In this document: positions 55,712 through 64,000 of the stretch, one piece after another
Numbering within the stretch: the first letter of the stretch is position 1
Layout: each line of letters begins with the position of its first letter
Source of the DNA: an uncultured Actinomycetota bacterium
Lineage (GTDB): Bacteria; Actinomycetota; Actinomycetes; Propionibacteriales; Nocardioidaceae
Length of the DNA: 64,000 bases
Direction of reading: 5' to 3'
NCBI GenBank assembly: GCA_963751975.1
Contig: CAVVWK010000001.1
Span: 241,152-305,151, forward strand
The notes under the pieces: generated by a model
What the model saw: only the letters and a program-made list of their open reading frames with translations
Told to the model about the DNA's origin: nothing
The model's database searches: none
Translations under genes and position numbers: made by a program

Positions 55712-57005
55712 TTGACCCCCTCGACACGGGTGACGGCCTCGACGGCGTCGGGGTCGAGCGAGAACAGCTCCGCCAGCGCCGCGGCGTAGGACACCGCGCC
55801 GGTCTCGTTGGCGAGCTCCTTGACGCGCACGGTGGGCTGGTGCAGCAGCTTGTCGGCGACCCGGCGCACGGCGTGCTCGACCTCGGCCCGCACCTCTGGG
55901 TCGAGGTCGGGCAGCCGGCTGACCAGCCGGGCCATCTCGGCGTCGACGACGCCGGTCGCCATCGTGCGCAGCGCCACGACGGTCGGGGTGACGGCGGAGG
56001 AGCGGCGGGCGGTCAGGAAGGCCGTGACCTCCTCGTTGACGACGCCGCGGACGGCCTCCACGTCGCGCGGCGATCTCGCCGGCGTGCAGCTCGTCGGCCA
56101 GCCGCGCCAGGCCGATCAGCTCGACGTCGGGCAGGTCGGCGACCGCCGGGTCGACGTCGTGCGGGAGCGCCAGGTCGATGACCGCCAGCGGGCCCTCGGT
56201 CCGCTGCCGGGCCGCGGCGACCGTCGACAGCGGCAGGACGACGCCGGCGGCGCCGGTGCAGGAGACGAGCACGTCGGCGGCGGCGATCTCCTGCTGCACG
56301 TCGGCGAGGGGTACGGCCCGGCCGGCGTACTGCGTCGCGAGCCGGGCGGCATGTGCGTGCGTGCGGCTGGCCACGACGACCTCGGCGGCACCCCGGCGGC
56401 GCGACGGTGGCCACGGCCAGGCCGGCCATCGAGCCGGCGCCGACGACCAGCACCCGCTTGCCGGCGAGGCTGCCGACGACGTCCTCGGCCCGGTCGAGCG
56501 ACACGGACACGAGCGAGGGGGCCGCGCGGTCGATGTCGGTCTCGGCGTGCACGCGCTTGCCGACCCGGAGGGCCTGCTGGAAGAGGGCGTTGAGCGCGGG
56601 CCCGATGGTGCCGCCCTCCTGCCCGACGCGCAGCGCCTCGCGGGTCTGGCCGAGGATCTGGCCCTCGCCGACGACCATCGAGTCGAGCCCGGCCGCGACG
56701 TGGAACAGGTGCGAGACCGCGCCGTCGTCGTAGTGCACGTAGAGGTGCGGCACGACGTCCTCGGGGCGCTCGTCGGCCAGCTCGCAGAGCATCCGGGAGA
56801 CCGCCTCGACGCTGCCGTGGAACCGGTCGACCTCGGCGTAGATCTCGACCCGGTTGCAGGTGGCCAGCGCGGTGGCCTCGGTGACGTGCTCGGTGAGCGC
56901 CACCGCATGCACGAGCTTGTCGACGCCGGCGGCGTCGAGCGCGAGCCGCTCGAGCACGGACACCGGTGCGGTCTTGTGGGAGACCCCGACGACGAGGACG
57001 CTCAC
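55708..57005 (-). CDS. hemA: Glutamyl-tRNA reductase (frameshifted)
   Basis: [52 protein letters not shown]. Confidence 0.94.
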
Positions 57006-57791
57006 GCGGGCCACCACCCCGGGGAGGTCGGCGGCCAGCTCGTCGAGCAGGCCGGCGCCTCCGCGACCGTCGGCGAGCGCCTTGCGCTGCTCGTGGTAGG
57101 CGAGGATCTGCAGCTCGATGGACAGGTCGACCTTGCGCACGTCGACGCCCTCGGGGACCGAGAGCACGGTCGGTGCGAAGTTGAGGATGCTCGTCACGCC
57201 GGCGGCGACGAGCCGGTCGCAGACGTCCTGCGCCGCGGGAGCGGGAGTCGCGATCACGCCGATCGCCACGCCGTGCTCTGCGACCACGGCCTCGACCTCG
57301 TCGAAGTCGCGGACGGGCAGGTCGCCGACCCGCTCGCCGGCGCGCGCGGGGTCGGCGTCGAGAAGGGCGGCGATCCGGAAGCCGCGGGAGCTGAAGCCGC
57401 TGTAGTTGGCCAGCGCGTGGCCCAGGTTCCCGATGCCGACGATGACGACGGGCCAGTCCTGGGTCACGCCGATCTCGCGGGCGATCTGGTAGCGGAGGTA
57501 CTCGACGTCGTAGCCGACGCCGCGGGTGCCGTAGGAGCCGAGGTAGGAGAGGTCCTTGCGCAGCTTGGCGCTGTTGACGCCGGCGGCCGTCGCCAGCTCC
57601 TCGCTCGAGCAGGTGGCGGTGCCGCGCTCGGCGAGCGTGATCAGGGCCCGCAGGTAGACCGGCAGCCGGGCGACGGTGGCCTCGGGGATGCCGCGCTCAC
57701 CGGCGCGTGCGTGGGGGGCCGGCGCCTTGGCAGCGGTCGGTCGGGAGACCCCGTCGGCGGGGGTTCCGTTCCGGGTGCTGCGTGCGGTCAC
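57002..57791 (-). CDS. rex: Redox-sensing transcriptional repressor Rex
   Basis: IPEATVARLPVYLRAL, LRKDLSYLGSYGTRGVGY, VGIGNLG, ILNFAP; AGGAG RBS before GTG 57791. Confidence 0.94.
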
Positions 57792-57887
57792 GACACTCCT
57801 ACTGGACACCTGCTGGGCTGCCGCTGGCCGCGGGTGACCCCGTATCTCGGGCCGCGGAGGGCCGGCAGCGTGGCTCACTTTAGGAGT

Positions 57888-57905
57888 TTGTGAACGTGGG
57901 AACAA
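57888..57905. promoter_or_regulatory. Imperfect Rex operator (autoregulation)
   Basis: TTGTGAACGTGGGAACAA upstream of rex; left half perfect, right half degenerate. Confidence 0.6.
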
Positions 57906-57993
57906 ACCGAGCCGTAACGGCGGCCGCCCGCTGTGAGATGCCCCACCCGGGTGACGGCGCGGAACGTGTGGTAGTCCCCGGATCCAAGACGGT

Positions 57994-58290
57994 CTAGACA
58001 GCGCGGGTGAGCGCGGCGCGCAGCCGCTCGGGGTCGACCCGCCAGTAGTCGTGCTGCACCCCGTCGACGAACGTCACCGGGATCTCCTCGCCGTAGCGGC
58101 TCGCCAGCGCCTCCGACGAGGTGATGTCGACCTCGTCGTACTGCTCCCCCAGCTCGGCGCAGACCCGCTCGATGACCGCGCGGGCGTCGTCGCAGAGGTG
58201 GCAGCCGGGCTTGGAGTACAGCAGGACGCGAGGCGGTGTCTCGCCGAGCTCGGTGCTGCTGTCGGGACCGTGGGTGGGCATGGCCGTCAC
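57994..58290 (-). CDS. Glutaredoxin-like protein
   Basis: YSKPGCHLCDDA, EEIPVTFVDG. Confidence 0.88.
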   Translation of the reverse strand: MTAMPTHGPDSSTELGETPPRVLLYSKPGCHLCDDARAVIERVCAELGEQYDEVDITSSEALASRYGEEIPVTFVDGVQHDYWRVDPERLRAALTRAV

Positions 58291-59876
58291 TCCAGGAGAC
58301 CGGCGTTGCGGCGCTGGGCGTCCCGGAGCCGGCCCTTGGCGACCTTGCCGGTGACGGTGTGCGGCAGCTCGTCGACCACGTGGACCTGGCTCGGCTGCTT
58401 GAAGCGGGCGAGCCGGGTCGCGCAGTGGTCGCGGACCAGCGCGGCCAGCTCGTCGTCGGTCATGGACACCGACGGCGCCCGGCGGACGTAGGCGACGACC
58501 GCCTCACCGGTCCGGGCGTCCTCCGCGCCGATCACGGCCGCCTCGGCGACCTGCTCGAGCTCGGTGACGACCTCCTCGACCTCGACCGGGTAGACGTTGA
58601 AGCCGGACACGATGACCAGCTCCTTGAGCCGGTCGACGAGGAACAGGTCGCCGTCGGCGTCGAGGAAGCCGACGTCGCCGGTCGCGAACCAGCCCTCGGC
58701 GTCCGGTCCGTCCTCGCCGTCGGGCCAGTAGCCGCTGAACAGGTTGGCCCCACGGACCTGGATCTCGCCCGGGTCCTCGCCGCCCGGCCGGTCGCCGGCC
58801 TCGTCGACGAGGCGCAGCTCGACCCCGGGCAGGGCGGCCCCCACCGAGCCGGGCTTCACCTCGACGCTGCACAGCGTCGAGGTGACGATCGGGGCGGCCT
58901 CGGTCAGGCCGTAGCCCTGCTGGACCGCGACCCCGCTGCGCTCGGTGAACGCCCGCACCAGCTCGGGCGACAGCGGCGCCGAGCCGGAGAGCACCATCCG
59001 CACCCCGCTCAGCCGCTCGCGCAGGTCCGGGACGGACATCCAGTAGGCGAGCACCGGCGGCGCCACGGGTACGACGGTCACCGCCTCGTCCTCGATCAGG
59101 CTCAGCGACCCCTCCGCGTCGAACCCGTCGACGAGCACCAGGCGGCAGGCCTGCCGGAGCACCTGGCCGAGCACCGCGTTGAGGCCGTAGACGTGGAACA
59201 GCGGCAGCACGCCGAGCACGACGTCGTCGGGCTGGATCATCGGTGGCCGGACCGAGGCGGCCTGCTCGATGTTGGCCATCAGCGCCCGGTGGCTGAGCAT
59301 CGCGGCGCGCGGGCGGCCCGACGTACCGCTGGTGTAGAGGAGCACCGCGAGCGCCTCCGGGTCCTCGGACGGCGGCAGGGCCACCGCGGGCGAGGTGAGC
59401 AGGTCGGCGTACAGCGTCTCGCCGGGAAGGGTCGGGGCGTCGACGACCACAACGCGCGGCACGACGGTCCGCCGCCGGAGCTCCTCGTCGGCGCCCACCA
59501 GCGCATCCTCCAGACCCGCGACGGCCTGCCGGACGGTGGTGATGGTGTGCGGGTCGGCGATGACGAGCCGGGCGCCGCTGTCGGCGATCATCCGGACCAT
59601 CTCACCGGTGGCCGAACGCGGGTTCACCGGCACCGCGACCAGCCGGGCGCGCAGCGCGCCGAGGTAGCCGGTCACGAACTCGAGCCGGTTGCCGGTAGCG
59701 ACGACGACGCGGTAGCCGGCGACCAGGCCGTGGGCGTTGAGACCGTGCGCAACCGCGTCCACCTCGGCGTCGAGCTCGGCCCACGTCACCCGCCGCCCGC
59801 CCGCCTCGACGACGGCGACCCGGTCCGGCGATGCGCTCGCCGCGGCACGCACCAGGTCGGGCAGGTGGACGCTCAC
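58287..59876 (-). CDS. Long-chain acyl-CoA synthetase/AMP-binding protein
   Basis: YTSGTSGRPR, QGYGLTEAAP, ATGDVG, DRLKELVIVSGFNVYP.EVE, TGK. Confidence 0.9.
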   Translation of the reverse strand: MSVHLPDLVRAAASASPDRVAVVEAGGRRVTWAELDAEVDAVAHGLNAHGLVAGYRVVVATGNRLEFVTGYLGALRARLVAVPVNPRSATGEMVRMIADSGARLVIADPHTITTVRQAVAGLEDALVGADEELRRRTVVPRVVVVDAPTLPGETLYADLLTSPAVALPPSEDPEALAVLLYTSGTSGRPRAAMLSHRALMANIEQAASVRPPMIQPDDVVLGVLPLFHVYGLNAVLGQVLRQACRLVLVDGFDAEGSLSLIEDEAVTVVPVAPPVLAYWMSVPDLRERLSGVRMVLSGSAPLSPELVRAFTERSGVAVQQGYGLTEAAPIVTSTLCSVEVKPGSVGAALPGVELRLVDEAGDRPGGEDPGEIQVRGANLFSGYWPDGEDGPDAEGWFATGDVGFLDADGDLFLVDRLKELVIVSGFNVYPVEVEEVVTELEQVAEAAVIGAEDARTGEAVVAYVRRAPSVSMTDDELAALVRDHCATRLARFKQPSQVHVVDELPHTVTGKVAKGRLRDAQRRNAGLLE

Positions 59877-59953
59877 GCGGCGAGTCTGGCACACGCCGGA
59901 GGACCGCCCGGGACCCCTCGGGGGGTGCGCCGAGCACGCCCTACGCTGGGGGC

Positions 59954-60860
59954 GTGAACGCCGCCCGGAGGCATCCTCGCCGCAGCCCCAGACCCGCTCG
60001 CGCGGTCGACCTGCGCAGCCGGTCGGTGCTCGCGGGCGAGGCGTCCGCGGCCGCGGCCGAGGTGGAGAGCTCGCTGGCGACTCCCCCGGACCCGACCGCC
60101 GCTGCGTTCTTCGACGTCGACAACACCGTCATGCAGGGCGCCTCGATCTTCCACCTCGCGAAGGGGCTGCACCGCCGCAAGTTCTTCACCACCCGCGAGA
60201 TCGTCGGCGCCGCGTGGAAGCAGGCCTACTTCCGGGTCGATGGGCGTCGAGGACCCGGAGCACGTGGCCGACGCCCGGGCGTCGGCGCTGGCGTTCATCA
60301 AGGGCCACAAGGTCACCGAGCTCGAGGCGCTGGGCGAGGAGATCTTCGACGAGGCCATGGCGCACCGGATCTGGCCGGGCACCCGCGCGCTCGCGCAGCT
60401 GCACCTCGACCAGGGGCAGCGGGTCTGGCTGGTCACGGCGGCACCGGTCGAGATCGCCACGATCATCGCCCGGCGGCTCGGCCTCACCGGCGCCCTGGGC
60501 ACGGTCTCCGAGCACGACGACGGCGTCTACACCGGCCGCCTGGTCGGTGACCTGCTGCACGGTCCGGCCAAGGCCGAGGCGGTCAAGGCGCTCGCGGAGC
60601 GGGAGGGGCTCGACCTGGGCCGCTGCTCGGCGTACTCCGACTCCTTCAACGACCTGCCGATGCTGAGCCTCGTCGGCGACCCCTGCGCGATCAACCCCGA
60701 CTCCAGGCTGCGCGACCACGCGCGGGCCCAGGGCTGGCGGGTCCGCGACTACCGCACCGGGCGCAAGGCCGCGCGCGCCGGGCTCGTCATGGCAGGGCTT
60801 GCCGGGGCGGCCACCGGGAGCGTCGCGGCCGCGGTCGCGATCCGCCGCCGCGTGGGCTGA
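59954..60860 (+). CDS. HAD-IB family hydrolase (frameshift near 60240)
   Basis: [32 protein letters not shown]. Confidence 0.88.
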
Positions 60861-61047
60861 CCGCCAGAGCCTCGGGTTTGGGCACGTCGGCGGGTTGGAA
60901 CCATGATGTGACACGAGACACGCCGCAGGCCCTGCAACTGCTGGTTACTCGCCGGTTCACAAACCGAAGGTGGGCACCTACGCTGGGGCACTGTCCTGCG
61001 GGGGATCGGGAGCCCGGGCGCGCGACGCGGCCGGGGAGGGAGTCCGC

Positions 61048-61866
61048 TTGTCGACGCGTGAGGCGCAGCTGCAGCGCGGCCTCGACGCACTGCGTCGGGC
61101 CGTGTGGGAGGCGCTGACCCCTGCCCTCGAGCCCGCCGTCTGCGGGGCCGGTCCGGCGGCACCCCGCCGGAGTACGACGAGGGCCGGCTGGCTGCTCAGC
61201 GAGGCCGTCCACGTCGAGCCGCGTGGCCCGTCGTCCGACCAGCCCCCCGGCCGGGACGCCGGCCCTGAGCCCGGCCCTGACGCCGGCCGGGCGGTCTCCT
61301 CGGAGGAGGACGAGGCCGAGGCCAGCCGCCTGATCGCACTCGTCGAGCTGGCCCGCACCGGGGACGCCGAGGCGTTCGGGATGCTCTACGACCACTACCA
61401 AGCGTCGGTCTACCGCTTCCTCTACTACCGGGTCGGGTCGGTGCCGCTGGCCGAGGACCTGATGTCGGAGACGTTCTTCCGGGCGCTGCGGAGCATGGGC
61501 TCGTTCCGCTGGCAGGGCAAGGACTTCGGCGCCTGGCTGATGACCATCGCCCGCAACCTCGCCGCCGACCACTTCAAGTCCGGCCGCACCCGCCTCGAGC
61601 TCGCCACCGAGGACATGTCGGCGCACGACGCCCCGACCGAGGGACCGGAGACGTCCGTCCTCGCCCAGCTCACCAACGAGGCGCTGCTCGCGGCGCTCAC
61701 CGAGCTGCCGGCCGAGCAGCAGGAGTGCCTGGTCATGCGGTTCCTGCAGGGCCTGTCGATCGCCGAGACCGCAAAGGTGCTCGGACGCAGCGACGGCGCG
61801 GTCAAGCAGCTGCAGCTGCGTGGTGTGCGCAACCTCGCGAAGCTGATGCCGGAGGGCCTGCGATGA
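61048..61866 (+). CDS. ECF sigma factor, BldN-like
   Basis: LAEDLMSETFFRALR...WQGKDFGAWLMTIARNL..DHFKSGR.RLE; QQEC..RFLQGLSIAETA...AVKQLQ.R; synteny with rex/HAD/DUF5667. Confidence 0.88.
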   Translation: MSTREAQLQRGLDALRRAVWEALTPALEPAVCGAGPAAPRRSTTRAGWLLSEAVHVEPRGPSSDQPPGRDAGPEPGPDAGRAVSSEEDEAEASRLIALVELARTGDAEAFGMLYDHYQASVYRFLYYRVGSVPLAEDLMSETFFRALRSMGSFRWQGKDFGAWLMTIARNLAADHFKSGRTRLELATEDMSAHDAPTEGPETSVLAQLTNEALLAALTELPAEQQECLVMRFLQGLSIAETAKVLGRSDGAVKQLQLRGVRNLAKLMPEGLR

Positions 61867-61915
61867 GCCTCCGTCGGCTGTTCTCGAGGCCCGACCGTCC
61901 CGGACGGCCGGCGAC

Positions 61916-61943
61916 CGTAACCTCGCGGGCCCACGGGTCGTTG
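61916..61943 (+). promoter_or_regulatory. BldN-type promoter upstream of the anti-sigma gene
   Basis: CGTAAC-N17-CGTTG. Confidence 0.65.
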
Positions 61944-61984
61944 TCTGGGCTGAGGGACCACCCGCTCGAGACAGGACACAACCG

Positions 61985-63258
61985 ATGACCGCCCTTTTCA
62001 GCGCGCAACGACGCGCCGAGGAGTTCGACGCGGCGGTCAGTGCACACCGGCACCACGGGCACCCCATCGAGAGGTTCGCGAGGAGCTCCGACCACTCGTC
62101 GGCCTGGTCGGCACGTTGCGCTCGCACGCGGCCGACGACCCCCACGCGGTCCCGCGGGCCGAGTTCGCCGCCGACCTCCGGTCCCGGCTGATGGCCGAGG
62201 CCGCCGAGGTCATGACCCCCGACTCCGTCCTGGTCCTGCCCACCCGACCACGCGGACGTCGCGAGCGCCGACTCGTCGCCGCCGCCTCCGCCGTGGTGCT
62301 GCTCGGCGGGACCGCCGGGATGGCTGCCGCCGCGCAGGACGCGCTGCCGGGCGATGCGCTCTACCCGGTGAAGCGCGGCATCGAGCGGGTCGAGGCCGGC
62401 GTCTCGGTCAGCTCGGCCGGCAAGGGTCGCGACCTGCTGCGCCAGGCCGACGGGCGGCTCTCCGAGGTCGACGCCCTGCTGTCCGACGACTCGGTCGCCG
62501 CCGCCACGCGCGTGCCGCGGGCCGTGCAGGACTTCACGGCGCAGGCCGAGGAGGGCTCCACCCTCCTGCTGGACTCCTACCAGGAGACCCGCGACCCCGA
62601 CGCCGTCCGGACCGTCCGCGAGTTCACCGCCGCGGGCATCGGCTCGCTGCAGGACCTGGCGGCCACCGCTCCGCCCGAGACCCAGGAGGAGCTCACCGAA
62701 GCCGCCCTGGCGCTGCGCGACATCGACCGTCGGGCGACCGCGCTGTGCTCGACCTGCGCCGGCGGCCTGCCCGTGGTCGAGGTGCCCGGGGCACTCCTGG
62801 TGGCCACCGAGGCGGGCCGCGCGCTGACCGCGGTGGACCCCGCCCGGCTCGACAACAGCCACCCGTTCCTGGTCCCCAAGTCGATGCTGCCGAAGGACCG
62901 CAAGGCACGTGGCTCGCGCCCCGGTGCGGGAGACGGCCCCGGCGCGGTCCTCGGCGGGGCGACCGGCGGGGCGACGGACGGGCTGACCGACGGACTGCCC
63001 GGCACCGACCCGAGCGAGGGTGGCGGCACCGCACCGGGCGACGGCTCCCCCTCGTTGCCTTCGCCGAAGGACGTGACCGAGTCCGGCAAGAAGAAGCTCG
63101 AGGACGCCACCGCCGGCGTCCGCGACACGGTCGACGGCACCGTCGGCTCGATCACCGACGGCCTCAGCGGGGTCGTGGAGACGCTGCTGCCCGATCCCCA
63201 GCCGAGCACCGGATCGGGCTCCGGCCTGCTGCCCGGCTCCGGGCCGCTGCTGCCCTGA
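61985..63258 (+). CDS. DUF5667 protein, RsbN-like anti-sigma (frameshift near 62050-62110)
   Basis: RRAEEF, F..DLRSRLMAEA, TM segment, ALPGDALYPVKRGIE, A..RLSEV; low-complexity tail. Confidence 0.8.
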
Positions 63259-63288
63259 CGGCGTGCCGCACGGCGTCGCGCGGCTCCC

Positions 63289-64000
<712 letters not shown>

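Noticed and set aside
49810-55789. Very long plus-strand ORFs (1049 aa and 1109 aa)
   Set aside because: They are antisense shadows of hem genes caused by high-GC codon bias, with no domain motifs.
56013-57905. Rex-HemA fusion ORF
   Set aside because: Removing one base in GTGGTGGCCCGCGTGA gives a Rex ending VVPA* that overlaps the hemA GTG, the usual arrangement. Nearby genes have many indels.
60905-60965. BldD box upstream of the sigma gene
   Set aside because: Only partial TCAC/GTGA-like half-sites (GTGACAC, GTTACTC...TTCAC) without convincing spacing.

Overview
Very GC-rich actinobacterial chromosome segment (Nocardioidaceae-like by gene order and repeat content; taxonomy is inferred). 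It is mostly core respiratory genes: a complete nuoA-N operon with menJ upstream and a polyprenyl synthase downstream, menaquinone genes (menG, menF, menD, menC, menE, menA), cytochrome c biogenesis genes, hemL, hemB/D/C/A with rex, a BldN/RsbN-like ECF sigma/anti-sigma pair, korAB, and the start of a second nuoA/nuoB set. Sulfur genes are also present (cysteine dioxygenase, FAD-binding protein, sulfate ABC transporter, PLP cysteine synthase-family enzyme). Many genes carry single-base frameshifts, most likely long-read assembly errors. The most unusual locus is 12.7-14.75 kb. It holds a degenerate ~68-70 bp tandem array built on the palindromic 22-mer GGTGGTCGAGCCCGTCGAGACC, directly upstream of a DUF222/13E12-like HNH nuclease gene. 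That gene has an exact RecA-NDp (PafBC-type) DNA-damage promoter and itself contains three copies of the 22-mer. The same repeat occurs in frame inside nuoG, degenerate at the end of korA, and inside a tiny coupling ORF between nuoL and nuoM. Other signals are MIRU-like bridge ORFs, two identically spaced CGTAAC-N17-CGTTG ECF promoters, Rex boxes, a triple C-loop hairpin sRNA candidate and a 100-bp palindromic element. All family assignments come from motif recognition, not database searches.
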